In this document: positions 12,075 through 23,378 of the stretch, one piece after another
Layout: every line of letters begins with the position of its first letter
Position numbering within the stretch: position 1 is the stretch's first letter
Assembly (NCBI GenBank): GCA_965219575.1
Contig: OZ244779.1
Span: 332,769 to 396,768, forward strand
Length of the DNA: 64,000 nucleotides
DNA from: Candidatus Oxydemutatoraceae bacterium
GTDB lineage: Bacteria; Pseudomonadota; Gammaproteobacteria; Poriferisulfidales; Oxydemutatoraceae
Reading direction: 5' to 3'
The notes under the pieces: model-generated
Database searches by the model: none
Seen by the model: the letters and a program-made list of their open reading frames with translations, nothing else
Told to the model about the DNA's origin: nothing
Translations under genes and position numbers: made by a program

Positions 12075-13334
12075 TTAGCGACGGACGATACCCGAACCGC
12101 CTTTCTTCTTCTTGCTTTTTGCCGGGCTCTTTTTAAGTTTTGTGGTCGTTAATTTTATTTTGAGGGGCGGGGCGGTACGGCGGAAGTATTCAATTGCTGC
12201 GCCCACGCCTTTGCCTGCGGTAATCGGTACGCCGGCATCGCGCAATGCCATTTCAACTCCGGCAATTACGCCTAAAATAGAGGTTTCGTTGTGATCGCCC
12301 AAATGTCCGATACGGAAAGCCTTTCCGGCAAGTACCGATAACCCGGCACCTAAAGAAATGTTGTAGCGATAATAAGCAATCTCTATCACATCGCGAGCGT
12401 CGTAGTTCGGCGGTGTGTAGATTGCCGTCACGGTGTCCGAGTACCATTTAGGCAACTTGGCGACAGGTTTTAGACCCCACGCCTTGACCGCAGCGCGCAC
12501 TCCTTCGGCGAGCCGATGATGGCGCTTGAATATCTGGCTCAAGCCCTCCTCGGATATCAACCTCAACGATTCCGTCAATCCGTATAGCATCGGCACCGAT
12601 GGTGTATACGGGAAGAAACCGTCGCTATTTGCATTGATGTGGTCTTGTATATCTAAAAAGCAGCGGGGGCATTTTGCCGTGTTCCTTGCTCGCAACGCTT
12701 TTTTGCTGAAGCACACCAACGCCATGCCGGCCGGCAACATAAACCCTTTTTGCGAACCGCTTACGGCAACATCGACACCCCAATCGTCCATGCGAAAATC
12801 TATACTTGCGATAGAACTCACACCGTCGACGAACAGCATTGCCGGATGATCCACCTTATTCATCGCTTTACGCAAGCCGGCGATATCCGAGGTGACCCCG
12901 GTGGCAGTTTCGTTATGACACGTGAGTATCGCTTTGATTTCATGCCGGGTGTCCTTCTCCAGATGTCGTCGGAATTTCTCAATCGGCACACCTTCGCCCC
13001 ACGGCACATCTATGGTTTCTACGTCTAGACCGATACGCACCGCAAGATCCCACCATAGATGGCTAAATTGCCCGAAACGCGAAGTCAACACCTTGTCGCC
13101 CGGCGACAGCGTGTTGCTCAGTGCGATTTCCCAGCCCGCCGTGCCGGTAGCGGGGAAGATAAAAGAGCGTCCGGTTTTAGTTTTGAACACCTCGTTCAAA
13201 CCCTTGAACAGAGGTTTTGTTAATTGTGCGAAATCAGGTCGCCGATGATCCTGCTGTGCGATATTCATCGCGTTTTGTATAGATTGCGGGATGTTTGTCG
13301 GTCCTGGAACAAATAAAAAGTTACGTCCTGGCAT
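12075..13334 (-). CDS. sgaA: Serine--glyoxylate aminotransferase (class V PLP)
   Basis: LFVPGPTN, HNETATGV, VDGVSS, SGSQKG, FPYTP, FRIGHLG. Confidence 0.88.
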   Translation of the reverse strand: MPGRNFLFVPGPTNIPQSIQNAMNIAQQDHRRPDFAQLTKPLFKGLNEVFKTKTGRSFIFPATGTAGWEIALSNTLSPGDKVLTSRFGQFSHLWWDLAVRIGLDVETIDVPWGEGVPIEKFRRHLEKDTRHEIKAILTCHNETATGVTSDIAGLRKAMNKVDHPAMLFVDGVSSIASIDFRMDDWGVDVAVSGSQKGFMLPAGMALVCFSKKALRARNTAKCPRCFLDIQDHINANSDGFFPYTPSVPMLYGLTESLRLISEEGLSQIFKRHHRLAEGVRAAVKAWGLKPVAKLPKWYSDTVTAIYTPPNYDARDVIEIAYYRYNISLGAGLSVLAGKAFRIGHLGDHNETSILGVIAGVEMALRDAGVPITAGKGVGAAIEYFRRTAPPLKIKLTTTKLKKSPAKSKKKKGGSGIVRR

Positions 13335-13460
13335 GTTTTGATCCTTATAATGTAATGTTTTAATTAGTGAAGCGAAATGCCGCTAAAGAGGCTATTATGC
13401 CCTAAATAAATAATTCCGCAAGGAATTTTTATCTGTTGTGTAAGCCCCAAATAGTAATGT

Positions 13461-13488
13461 GGGGTTGCCGGAAAATACCGTTTTGCAC
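13461..13488. repeat. Degenerate terminal fragment of the composite MITE family
   Basis: GGGGTTGCCGGAAAATACCGTTTTGCAC resembles GGGGTTGTTGAAAAAATACTGTTTTGCA at 45159. Confidence 0.45.
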
Positions 13489-13565
13489 GGAGTCACGCCG
13501 ATTGACTTGCTAACTCAACCGACGGCTTTACTCATTGTTAATTTCTCGTTAAATGTTCTTAGATT

Positions 13566-14522
13566 CTATAATCTAAGCAGTCTTTGTTTTAACTTTCTTA
13601 GTTTATCGGGAAAGCTCATTTTAAGATGTTTATATTTTTTCCACCGCCAGAAAATTAACACTATATTCCACCAAGGGTGGTAATCGCTCCCTAGATAAAT
13701 TTTAAGCACATCGTAGGGTGAAGTATCGTCTATATTCATTTTCCATAAATCCTTTAAATCGAAAAATCTTCTAATAAAATTAGGATATTTTATTTTAGTG
13801 AAAGAAGCGTTGTCGTAGTCTATAAAATAAATTTTTGCATCCGCTAATTTGTCGGTGTCTTGAACCGACATTAGGATATTATGCGGTATCACATCTCCGT
13901 GTCGTATGCCTTGCCGATGAAAAGATTTAAGCGCATCGGTGATTTTTTGTGTTATCAAGTCGCTTTTTTGATTTGAGTCCACATTCCCTACCTTTCTTAA
14001 TTTCCTATATGTATTTAGCCACGGAAAATCCACATTTATATGTTGATATAAAAAATAACTCTTAAACTTTGTCGGGCTGTCGCTCTTTTTCCAATAAGCT
14101 AAAGGTTCGGGTACTGCCAAATTACGGGAATAGGCTTTCTCGCAGCAACGAAAAACCATTCGGTCGGTGCCTCGTAAATGATACTTTAATAGCAACGTAA
14201 ATCGGCTTTTCCATTCATAGTGTCTATTTATATGCACGACCTTCATAACAACCTGACGATCAATATCGCTAAGCATGAATTTATAAAGTTTATTCTTCGG
14301 CCGGCCTATTTCATAATTAAGTTCGTATTCGGTTGATTCGTATTTCTCAAACTTGCAGTTTTCTATCCAGCTTCTTAGTGCTTTTGATTGTTGCGGCGAG
14401 GCGATATTTGCCGCTATTAAGTGATTATATTTCGGCATATTAGATAATTTTGTCAGGTAAAAATAAGATTTGTCTATACTATTTATAATACACGAAATAG
14501 TATTTCTCAAAATAGTAAACAC
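13566..14522 (-). CDS. Lipopolysaccharide kinase (Kdo/WaaP/InaA-like) family protein, AT-rich
   Basis: VPEPLAY, HGDV..HNIL and YFIDYD kinase motifs; start codon uncertain. Confidence 0.7.
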   Translation of the reverse strand: MFTILRNTISCIINSIDKSYFYLTKLSNMPKYNHLIAANIASPQQSKALRSWIENCKFEKYESTEYELNYEIGRPKNKLYKFMLSDIDRQVVMKVVHINRHYEWKSRFTLLLKYHLRGTDRMVFRCCEKAYSRNLAVPEPLAYWKKSDSPTKFKSYFLYQHINVDFPWLNTYRKLRKVGNVDSNQKSDLITQKITDALKSFHRQGIRHGDVIPHNILMSVQDTDKLADAKIYFIDYDNASFTKIKYPNFIRRFFDLKDLWKMNIDDTSPYDVLKIYLGSDYHPWWNIVLIFWRWKKYKHLKMSFPDKLRKLKQRLLRL

Positions 14523-14665
14523 TTTTTTATGTCCACTTCGTGATAGATTTTTTATAATCTACATAGAATAAAGCGTAACAAAAGTTTAGCTCGGCATTCG
14601 TTATTGCATAGTATAGCTTTAGATTAGAACATGTAAATCGTGCAAGCTGATATAATACGCTTTCA

Positions 14666-15199
14666 ATGGAAATGTTTCACGGAACCACAATTTTATCGGT
14701 ACGCAAAGACGATTGCTTGGTCATGGGCGGCGACGGTCAGGTCACAATGGGTAATACAATCGTCAAACATCGTGCGCGCAAGGTGCGGCGTTTGAACAAC
14801 AATCAGGTCTTGGCAGGGTTTGCCGGCAGCACCGCCGATGCGTTTACCTTGTTTGAGCGTTTCGAAGGCAAATTGCAGGAGCACGGCGGTCAATTATTGC
14901 GCGCCGCCGTGGAATTAGCCAAAGACTGGCGTATGGATCGCAATCTAAGGCAATTACAAGCCCTGCTGGCAGTTGCCGACAAGCATACTTCGTTGTTGGT
15001 GTCGGGTACCGGAGATGTCATAGAACCCGAGCACGACTTGATTGCCATCGGTTCGGGAGGGGATTACGCGCGTGCTGCCGCACTGGCTCTGCTTGAACAT
15101 TCACCGCTCGATGCAAAAACTTTAGTCGAACAAGCCCTGACAATCGCCAGCAGGATTTGTGTGTTCACGAACCGAGAACTTGTTCTGGAAACCTTATAA
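14666..15199 (+). CDS. hslV: ATP-dependent protease peptidase subunit HslV
   Basis: [30 protein letters not shown]. Confidence 0.96.
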   Translation: MEMFHGTTILSVRKDDCLVMGGDGQVTMGNTIVKHRARKVRRLNNNQVLAGFAGSTADAFTLFERFEGKLQEHGGQLLRAAVELAKDWRMDRNLRQLQALLAVADKHTSLLVSGTGDVIEPEHDLIAIGSGGDYARAAALALLEHSPLDAKTLVEQALTIASRICVFTNRELVLETL

Positions 15200-15230
15200 C
15201 ACAGATTTTATATACAACCGAGGAGATTTT

Positions 15231-16574
15231 ATGTCCGATATGACACCCCAAGAAATAGTCACCCAATTAGAAAAATTTATCATAGGGCAAGACGACGCAA
15301 AGCGCGCAGTTGCCATCGCCTTGCGCAATCGCTGGCGGCGGATGCAAGTTGCCGAACCGTTGCGTAGCGAGATCACGCCCAAGAATATCTTGATGATAGG
15401 TCCGACCGGGGTCGGCAAAACCGAAATTGCAAAACGTCTTTCGGATATAGAGGAAGCACCTTTTTTGAAAGTGGAGGCGACCAAGTTCACCGAAGTCGGA
15501 TATGTGGGACGCGATGTCGAATCAATCGTGCGCGATTTAGCTCAAATCGCTTTCAACAAGGTACGCGAACGAGAGTTTGCAAAGCACGATGACCTCGCTC
15601 AAAAATTAGCGGTAGATAAGGTTATAGATGGTTTGATGGACAACTTAAAGGAAACATACCACGAGCAGGCGGGGTTGGATGAAAACCAACTACGCGAAGA
15701 TATACGTAGATCAGTGGAACAAGGGAGCTTAGACGATCAAAAGATTAAAATTGCCGTCTCCAAACCTCAGGTCAATCTCGGCGTCATGTCGGTGCCGGGG
15801 CTGGAGAGCATCGGTGAGCAAATGCAAGACATGTTCAAAAATCTGGGTAATCTGGGCTTAGGTGCGCGCAAGGAACACAGAACGATGACCGTAAAACACG
15901 CGCTGAAAATGTTGAAACAGGAAGAATTGGAAAAAATGATAGATCAAGAAGGTCTGCATACGCTGGTCGTAGAAGAAACCGAGCAGCACGGCATCGTTTT
16001 TATAGATGAGATAGACAAGTTGGCGCGCCGTTCTCAAGGAACGACTCAGGGCGAAGTCTCTCGCGAAGGCGTGCAACGAGATTTGTTGCCTTTGATAGAA
16101 GGTTCTACGGTCAGCACCCGCTACGGGATGATCAAAACCAACCATATACTGTTCATCGCTGCCGGTGCTTTTCACTTCTCTAAGCCCTCGGAACTGATAC
16201 CCGAATTGCAGGGTCGCTTGCCGATACGGGTTGAACTTGAGCCGTTGGATATAGAGGCATTCATTAAAATTTTGAGAGATACCGGCAACTCTCTAATCAG
16301 ACAATATCAAGCACTGCTTGCCCAAGAGGGCTTGAGTGTAACATTCAGCGAAGGTGCCATTAAGCGCATCGCAACGATAGCCTTTGAGATCAATAAAAAC
16401 ACCGAGAATATAGGGGCTCGGCGGTTGCAGACGGTGATGGAGCGACTGTTGGAAGACATTTCTTTCACCGCACCCGAGTTGGGCAAAAAGAAAATAAGCA
16501 TCAGCGAAAAGGTCGTCAACAAGCAATTAGCCGATATCGCTAAAGATCAAGACCTCAGTTCGTATATTCTCTAA
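15231..16574 (+). CDS. hslU: ATP-dependent protease ATPase subunit HslU
   Basis: PKNILMIGPTGVGKTE, VEATKFTEVGYVG, DEIDK, ELQGRLP; ATG at 15231 after AGGAG. Confidence 0.96.
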   Translation: MSDMTPQEIVTQLEKFIIGQDDAKRAVAIALRNRWRRMQVAEPLRSEITPKNILMIGPTGVGKTEIAKRLSDIEEAPFLKVEATKFTEVGYVGRDVESIVRDLAQIAFNKVREREFAKHDDLAQKLAVDKVIDGLMDNLKETYHEQAGLDENQLREDIRRSVEQGSLDDQKIKIAVSKPQVNLGVMSVPGLESIGEQMQDMFKNLGNLGLGARKEHRTMTVKHALKMLKQEELEKMIDQEGLHTLVVEETEQHGIVFIDEIDKLARRSQGTTQGEVSREGVQRDLLPLIEGSTVSTRYGMIKTNHILFIAAGAFHFSKPSELIPELQGRLPIRVELEPLDIEAFIKILRDTGNSLIRQYQALLAQEGLSVTFSEGAIKRIATIAFEINKNTENIGARRLQTVMERLLEDISFTAPELGKKKISISEKVVNKQLADIAKDQDLSSYIL

Positions 16575-16577
16575 GCG

Positions 16578-16949
16578 ATGTCGAATACCCAACTCAATGA
16601 AATTCATCTGCACCAAAGCTCTAGAGTGCTAGAGCTGGTGTTCGACGACGGCAAGAAGTTCAACTTAAGCTGCGAATATTTGCGTGTCTATTCACCCTCG
16701 GCGGAAGTTGCCGGACACGGTCCCGGGCAGGAGGTACTGCAGGTCGGCAAAGAGGATGTCAATATCTCGGCACTCGAGCCGGTCGGCAACTACGCCATTA
16801 AAATAATATTCGACGACGGACATAGTACCGGTATTTACACTTGGGATTATTTATACGACTTGGGCGCGAATTACGAACCCAAATGGCGTAGCTATTTGCA
16901 AAGGCTCAAGGATGCCGGCTTTGAGCGCAAAGAAAATCGCCTAGGTTAA
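16578..16949 (+). CDS. DUF971 / gamma-butyrobetaine hydroxylase N-terminal-like protein
   Basis: EYLRVYSPSAEV.GH, VGNYA..I.FDDGH.TGIY; usual position between hslU and ubiE. Confidence 0.88.
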   Translation: MSNTQLNEIHLHQSSRVLELVFDDGKKFNLSCEYLRVYSPSAEVAGHGPGQEVLQVGKEDVNISALEPVGNYAIKIIFDDGHSTGIYTWDYLYDLGANYEPKWRSYLQRLKDAGFERKENRLG

Positions 16950-17017
16950 ATGTATGCTGAATGTATAGAGAAAACTGCGAATAATTTGCCACATCCTCAA
17001 TTTGATAAATTTAAGCT

Positions 17018-17758
17018 ATGAGAGACTCAAAGACGCATTTCGGTTTTCGCGAAGTCAACCTTGCCGATAAATCTAAACTGGTCGACGAAGTGTTCGGTTC
17101 GGTGGCCAATCGCTACGACTTGATGAACGACCTGATGTCCTTGGGGCTACATCGCTTATGGAAATGGATTGCCACGACGGCTTGCGGCATCAGACCCGAT
17201 ATGCGTGTTCTAGACCTCGCCGGCGGTACCGGCGATATGGCGATACGCATCAGACCTTTTATGCAAGCTCGAGGGTTGCTGACGGTTGCCGATATCAACC
17301 AGGCGATGTTATCGGAAGGACAAGACCGTCTGTTCGATCTCGGTTATGCCGATGTGCCCTTTGTTCGTTGTGATGCCGAAAACCTACCTTTCCCCGACCA
17401 TGCTTTCGACTGCGTCGTAGTTGCCTTCGGGTTGAGAAATATGAGCTCCAAACAAAGCGCATTGCGTTCTATGCTGCGGGTGCTCAAACCCGCCGGTCGG
17501 TTGGTGGTGCTGGAGTTTTCCGAACCACACAAATGGTTGCGGCGTCTGTATCGTTGGTATTCTTTTAATGTGATACCCAAACTGGGGGGGCGTGTGACAG
17601 GAGACGAGGACAGTTATCGTTATTTGGTCGAATCTATTCGTGTCCACCCGAATCAGCAAGCACTGCGCGAGATGATCATTCAAAGCGGGTTTGTGCGTTG
17701 CGAAATCTACAATCTATCGGGTGGTATCGTTGCCATACACCGTGCGTATAAACCATGA
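17018..17758 (+). CDS. ubiE: Ubiquinone/menaquinone C-methyltransferase
   Basis: THFGF, YDLMNDLMSLG.HRLWK, LDLAGGTGD, AFGLRN. Confidence 0.95.
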   Translation: MRDSKTHFGFREVNLADKSKLVDEVFGSVANRYDLMNDLMSLGLHRLWKWIATTACGIRPDMRVLDLAGGTGDMAIRIRPFMQARGLLTVADINQAMLSEGQDRLFDLGYADVPFVRCDAENLPFPDHAFDCVVVAFGLRNMSSKQSALRSMLRVLKPAGRLVVLEFSEPHKWLRRLYRWYSFNVIPKLGGRVTGDEDSYRYLVESIRVHPNQQALREMIIQSGFVRCEIYNLSGGIVAIHRAYKP

Positions 17759-18366
17759 CGATGAATGTGAGTTCTAAAAAACTAGCCCCGGTGCTCGATT
17801 ATGCAATCACTCGTTATCTGCAGGTGGACCCGCTACTCGTTGCATCGTCGCTAAAGAAAATGGCCGGCAAGACGGTCGGAATATCTCTCGAGGCTCCGAA
17901 GCTGGAATTCTTTTTGCTAATCAAGGAGGATACGATACGCATCGATGCCGATTTTTCGGGACAACCGGATACTTGGATACGCGGCGGTTTTTTTGACTTG
18001 GTAAAACTGGGTTTGGATAAAGACGGCTATACATCGGCGACGCATCTGGAAATCATAGGCGATGTGCAGTTGGGACAAAGGCTACAGCAGTTGTTCGCCG
18101 AGATAGAGTTTGATTGGGAAGAACTGCTGGTTCCGATAATCGGCGATATCGCAACAAATCAATTCGGTGAGGGCGTACGCGCGACGAACAAATTTATCGC
18201 TCGCTGTATAGACTCCTTGGCTTATAGCAGTGGCGAGTTTCTGCGCGAAGAATTGAAAATAACACCGACACAGCAAGAGATCACTTATTTTATAGACCAT
18301 GTAGAAAAGCTACGAGACACCGTGGAACGTTTGGATGCAAGGCTACATCGCATAATGCGCGCATAA
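17755..18366 (+). CDS. ubiJ: Ubiquinone biosynthesis accessory factor (SCP2 domain)
   Basis: Between ubiE and ubiB; DWEE.L...GD motif and C-terminal coiled coil. Confidence 0.85.
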   Translation: MTMNVSSKKLAPVLDYAITRYLQVDPLLVASSLKKMAGKTVGISLEAPKLEFFLLIKEDTIRIDADFSGQPDTWIRGGFFDLVKLGLDKDGYTSATHLEIIGDVQLGQRLQQLFAEIEFDWEELLVPIIGDIATNQFGEGVRATNKFIARCIDSLAYSSGEFLREELKITPTQQEITYFIDHVEKLRDTVERLDARLHRIMRA

Positions 18367-19910
18367 TGTTTATCTTAAAATTGTGGCGCTTGCTCGCAAT
18401 CAATCTGGTGCTGGTTCGACACGGCTTGGACGAAATTGTATTGGCTATTCATTTGTTCAGACCGATCCACTTTATTTTTTATTTACTACCGTGGAATTGG
18501 TTGGGTAAAAAGAAAAAACCGCTTGCGGTCAGAATAAGATTGGCATTGGAAGACTTAGGTCCGATATTCGTTAAATTCGGGCAAGCCCTTTCTACCAGAC
18601 CGGATTTATTGTCGCCCGAGCTGATCACCGAATTGGAAAAACTGCAAGATAAGGTTCCGCCTTTTGCAGGTGATATCGCCCGAGCGAAAGTTGAGGAGGT
18701 CATGGCGGCACCGATAAACGAAGTGTTTGCATATTTTGATATCACACCATTGGCCTCGGCATCTATTGCGCAAGTACATGCGGCGCGGTTGGACAACGGT
18801 AGCGAGGTGGTCGTGAAGATCCTGCGTCCTAATGTTCAAAAGCGCATCAAACGCGACCTTGAATTGCTGCATACGATGGCGCGGCTCGCCGAACGTTATT
18901 GGTCCGAGGGCAAACGCTTACATGCGGTCGATGTGGTACACGAGTATGAAAAAACCATCACCGATGAACTCGATTTATTGCGCGAAGCGGCGAATGCCGG
19001 ACAACTACGGAGAAACTTCGAGGGTTCCGATTTGCTTTATGTGCCTAAAATCTATTGGGATTATTGCCGACGCGAAGTCATCGTGATGGAGCGCATATAC
19101 GGTGTGCCGATCAACGACATGGAGGAATTAAAACGTCATGATACCGATTTACGGAAGCTCGCACATCGCGGTGTGGAAATTTTCTTCACCCAAGTATTCG
19201 ACCATAACTTTTTTCATGCCGACATGCACCCCGGCAACATATTCGTATCGATAAAGAACCCGCTGGAACCCTATTATATGGGTGTCGACTTCGGCATTGT
19301 CGGTAGCTTGGACTTGAGCGATCAACGTTATCTTGCGGAAAATTTCTTGGCATTCTTCAATCGTGACTACCGGCGTGTTGCCGAACTTCATATAGAGTCC
19401 GGGTGGATACCGGCGGATGTGCGCATAGACGAGTTTGAATCGGCAATTCGGACGGTGTGCGAACCCATTTTTCAGCGACCTTTGAACGAAATATCCTTCG
19501 GTGCTTTGCTGTTGCGTCTATTTCAAACCGCCCGACGTTTTAATATGGAGGTTCAACCGCAACTGATTTTGTTGCAAAAAACCCTGCTAAACATAGAAGG
19601 TCTGGGACGGCAGCTATACCCGCAACTGGATTTGTGGGAAACCGCAAAACCTTTTTTGGAACGCTGGATGCGCCGGCGCAGACACCCGACGACGTTGTTG
19701 AAGCGATTGCTTAAACAACTACCGGCATTGATCGAGAAGGGTGCCGATATGATAGAGGCGAATGGTACCCCGCCGACCGCCGATACCGAGAGCGCGCAAC
19801 TGCGTGAAGAAATCTCCCGCTTGAGTGGCGAACTGAAACGATGGCGCATCGCCTTCGTTGCCATCTTGATTGCCGGCGCAGTGGCATTCGGTATCACATT
19901 GTGGACTTGA
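18366..19910 (+). CDS. ubiB: Ubiquinone biosynthesis kinase-like protein
   Basis: [35 protein letters not shown]. Confidence 0.95.
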   Translation: MFILKLWRLLAINLVLVRHGLDEIVLAIHLFRPIHFIFYLLPWNWLGKKKKPLAVRIRLALEDLGPIFVKFGQALSTRPDLLSPELITELEKLQDKVPPFAGDIARAKVEEVMAAPINEVFAYFDITPLASASIAQVHAARLDNGSEVVVKILRPNVQKRIKRDLELLHTMARLAERYWSEGKRLHAVDVVHEYEKTITDELDLLREAANAGQLRRNFEGSDLLYVPKIYWDYCRREVIVMERIYGVPINDMEELKRHDTDLRKLAHRGVEIFFTQVFDHNFFHADMHPGNIFVSIKNPLEPYYMGVDFGIVGSLDLSDQRYLAENFLAFFNRDYRRVAELHIESGWIPADVRIDEFESAIRTVCEPIFQRPLNEISFGALLLRLFQTARRFNMEVQPQLILLQKTLLNIEGLGRQLYPQLDLWETAKPFLERWMRRRRHPTTLLKRLLKQLPALIEKGADMIEANGTPPTADTESAQLREEISRLSGELKRWRIAFVAILIAGAVAFGITLWT

Positions 19911-19913
19911 GCA

Positions 19914-22118
19914 GTGTCCGATAGCACCGATATCAAAGCACGGATCTTAGCCGATTTGAACGACGAGCAACAATCGGCGGTTGCCGCACCACCGTGTTCG
20001 GCATTGGTATTGGCGGGTGCCGGTAGCGGCAAGACCCGAGTATTGGTTCATCGCATTGCCTGGTTATGCGCCGCAGAAGGCATTTCGGAATATGCGATCA
20101 TGGCGGTCACATTCACCAATAAAGCAGCGAACGAAATGCGCGCCCGCATCGCATCACTCAACGGTAGATCGCCGAGCAACATGTGGGTCGGCACCTTTCA
20201 CGGTCTGTGCCACCGATTTTTACGCCTTCACGGCGAGCAGATCGGCCTGCCTAAAACATTTCAGGTGATTGACGCAGCCGATCAGCTGAGGCTGGTTAAA
20301 CGGATTACTCGAAGCCTTGAAATCGACGAGGACCGATGCGCACCGAAGAACACCCGATACATGATAAACCAGTGCAAAGAAGAAGGTCTGAGAGCCGATG
20401 CCGTTCCGCCCGACTACAGCACACACCCCATGTTTAAGCACGCCTTGAGAGTTTATCGCAACTATGAAAACCTTTGTGCGGAAATGCATTTGGTTGACTT
20501 CAGTGAATTACTGCTCGCAACCCACGAACTGCTTCGCGACCACGATTCGTTGAGGCAACAATATCAAAGCCGTTTTAGGCATATTTTGGTCGATGAGTTT
20601 CAAGACACGAACCGATTGCAATACGCATGGCTGCGAGTATTGGCGGGCGAGCAAATCCCGGTGTTTGCGGTCGGCGACGACGATCAATCTATATACGGGT
20701 GGCGCGGTGCGCGTATCGCAAACCTCCACAGTTTTGAGAGAGATTTTAACGATGTACATATCTACCGTCTGGAGCGCAACTATCGCTCTACCGCAGTCAT
20801 ACTCGACGCCGCCAATGCCCTGATAAAAAACAACGACGGACGCATGGGCAAGCAGTTGTGGACAGCCGAAAAAGGTGGCAACAAAATAAAGCTATACACC
20901 GCATTCAATGAAGAAGAAGAAGCGAACTATGTCGTAGAAACCGTCAATCAATGGCAAACACAGCGGCGCGCATTATCCGAAATCGCAGTGTGCTATCGTG
21001 CGAACGCACAATCATTCATCATAGAAAGTGCTTTGGCAGGTGCCGGCATTCCTTATCGCGTCTACGGCGGGCTTAGATTTTTTGAACGAGCGATTATCAA
21101 GCATGCACTGGCGTATCTGAGATTAACTTCCAACCTTAACGACGACCCCTCTTTTGAACGCATCGTCAATTATCCGCCACGCGGCATCGGCACTCGCACC
21201 GTGGGCATAATCACCGAACACGCCGGCACTACAAATGCGAGCTTGTGGGAAACCGCACTAAAGCTGGTAAAAACCAAAACCTTGAGCGCGCGGGCGGGCA
21301 CGGCAATGCAGGCTTTCTTTGATTTGATTAAGCACCTCGGTGCCGATTTCAAAGTACAACCGCTTCCTAGAAAAGTGGAACAAGTGATACGGTTAATCAT
21401 CCCGTATCTTGAAAACCAACGTAGCGAAAGTGCCCAATCCGATATAGAAAATCTTGAGGAACTGGTTAAGGCTGCCGAGCAATTCGCCAACCGATGGCAG
21501 AGAACCGGGGATGCCGATATGGATGAACTCGATGCCTTTTTATCGCATGTCGCTCTGGAGGCGGGCGACAACGAAGCTGAAAGCGACGAAGACAGCGTAC
21601 AGCTGATGACTTTACATTCGTCCAAGGGACTGGAATTCCCGTTGGTTATTATCACCGGCATGGAAGAGGGTTTATTCCCGCACAGCCGTTCTTTGAGCGA
21701 CGAAAGTGGTTCGGAAGGTTTAGAGGAAGAACGCAGACTATGCTATGTCGGCATCACCCGCGCCCGCGAACAGTTGATTTTATGTCATGCGCGATTGCGC
21801 AACCTATCGTACGGCAAAACCACATACAACCAACCCTCTCGCTTTCTGGGCGAATTGCCTGCCGCCTTGATTGAGGAGGTGCGACCGCAAAGCAATGGCG
21901 CACCGTACTATCAATCGTCCAATTCGAATGATGCGACAAGACCTATGCCGGATATCGGCGGGCTTGTTGCAGGGCAACGCGTAACACATCCTATTTTCGG
22001 CGACGGTGTCGTGCTTGATTTTGAAGGCACCGACAAAAACACCCGCATCCAAGTCCGCTTCGACAAGGCAGGCACTAAATGGATGGTGTCGGAATATACC
22101 AACCTGCAGAAAATCTAG
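19914..22118 (+). CDS. uvrD: DNA helicase II
   Basis: AGAGSGKT, TFTNKAA, VDEFQDTN, VGDDDQSIY, TLHSSKGLEF, EERRLCYVGITRA, C-terminal Tudor-like domain. Confidence 0.93.
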   Translation: MSDSTDIKARILADLNDEQQSAVAAPPCSALVLAGAGSGKTRVLVHRIAWLCAAEGISEYAIMAVTFTNKAANEMRARIASLNGRSPSNMWVGTFHGLCHRFLRLHGEQIGLPKTFQVIDAADQLRLVKRITRSLEIDEDRCAPKNTRYMINQCKEEGLRADAVPPDYSTHPMFKHALRVYRNYENLCAEMHLVDFSELLLATHELLRDHDSLRQQYQSRFRHILVDEFQDTNRLQYAWLRVLAGEQIPVFAVGDDDQSIYGWRGARIANLHSFERDFNDVHIYRLERNYRSTAVILDAANALIKNNDGRMGKQLWTAEKGGNKIKLYTAFNEEEEANYVVETVNQWQTQRRALSEIAVCYRANAQSFIIESALAGAGIPYRVYGGLRFFERAIIKHALAYLRLTSNLNDDPSFERIVNYPPRGIGTRTVGIITEHAGTTNASLWETALKLVKTKTLSARAGTAMQAFFDLIKHLGADFKVQPLPRKVEQVIRLIIPYLENQRSESAQSDIENLEELVKAAEQFANRWQRTGDADMDELDAFLSHVALEAGDNEAESDEDSVQLMTLHSSKGLEFPLVIITGMEEGLFPHSRSLSDESGSEGLEEERRLCYVGITRAREQLILCHARLRNLSYGKTTYNQPSRFLGELPAALIEEVRPQSNGAPYYQSSNSNDATRPMPDIGGLVAGQRVTHPIFGDGVVLDFEGTDKNTRIQVRFDKAGTKWMVSEYTNLQKI

Positions 22119-22240
22119 GGGTCAATGGTCGTAGTGTAGAATATACAAATATTTATCTTGACCGGCTGCACACCTACCAACCCCACGGGCGCGCCCACAA
22201 AACATCATCGCAAAACATAAGGTAATAGACTAGGAAAATT

Positions 22241-23344
22241 ATGAAAAGAAGAGACTTTATCAATAAAGCAACAGGGGCACTTTTGACGGCACCGCTCGTC
22301 GGGTGTAGTCGAAGCGAGCAAGCAGCGGATAAGCAACCCGGCGACAACAAAACATATCGGTGGAAGATGGTGACTTGTTGGCCCAAAAACTATCCGGGGC
22401 TGGGAACTGGTGCCGAGCGTATCGCCGAGAACATCAATAGAATGTCGAACGGTCGCTTACAGATTACGGTCTACGGTGCCGGTGAATTGGTTTCGGCGTT
22501 TGAGGTCTTCGACACGGTGCGCAGCGGCGCAGTTGCAATGGGACACTCCGCCGCATATTACTGGCAAGGCAAAAATCGCGCGTTCAATTTCTTCGGCTCG
22601 GTGCCGTTCGGTATGAACATCGCTGAAATGACCGCATGGTTGAACCATGGTGGAGGTCAAGAATTATGGAACGAAGGTTACGGCGAGTTCGGTTTGATGC
22701 CGATTGCGGCCGGTGGCACCGGGGCACAGATGGGTGGCTGGTTCAGTCGCGAGATCAATGGTATCGAAGACCTAAAAGGAATAAAAATAAGAATACCGGG
22801 ACTTGCCGGTCAAATTTATGCACAGTTGGGAATGGTTCCGATCAATTTACCGGGCGGTGAATTGTTCACCGCACTACAGACCGGAACACTCGATGCGGTC
22901 GAGTGGGCTACACCGTATAACGATTTAACTTTCGGCTTCTATAAAATTGCCGAATACTATTATTATCCGGGCTGGCAAGAACCGGGGGTTATGATCGAGT
23001 GTATACTCAACAAGGAGATGTTCATGGAATTGCCGGAAGATTTACAAGCTATCGTGCGTAATGCCTGCGCAGCCGAAAACATGCGCTTGTATACCCAATA
23101 TATGGCACTAAACCCCGACTCGCTAAAGATATTGCGGGATAAGCACGGTGTGCAGATGCGCAAATTTCCCGATTCGGTGCTAGATCGAATACGCGAAATT
23201 TCCGACGATGTATTACAAAAATTAGCCGCCGAAAGTGATTACGCACAACGGGTATATCGATCGTACAACGATTTTCTGGAAAAAATGAGGGAGTGGTCGC
23301 AGTATTCCGAGAAAATGGTATATGATATACGCAACACGAAATAA
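22241..23344 (+). CDS. TRAP transporter substrate-binding protein (TakP-like)
   Basis: Tat-like MKRRDF plus LVGC; QMGGWF, KIRIPGL, YYYPGWQEP. Confidence 0.9.
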   Translation: MKRRDFINKATGALLTAPLVGCSRSEQAADKQPGDNKTYRWKMVTCWPKNYPGLGTGAERIAENINRMSNGRLQITVYGAGELVSAFEVFDTVRSGAVAMGHSAAYYWQGKNRAFNFFGSVPFGMNIAEMTAWLNHGGGQELWNEGYGEFGLMPIAAGGTGAQMGGWFSREINGIEDLKGIKIRIPGLAGQIYAQLGMVPINLPGGELFTALQTGTLDAVEWATPYNDLTFGFYKIAEYYYYPGWQEPGVMIECILNKEMFMELPEDLQAIVRNACAAENMRLYTQYMALNPDSLKILRDKHGVQMRKFPDSVLDRIREISDDVLQKLAAESDYAQRVYRSYNDFLEKMREWSQYSEKMVYDIRNTK

Positions 23345-23378
23345 TGAAATAGCACCAAACAAATTACACGAGAGAAAA

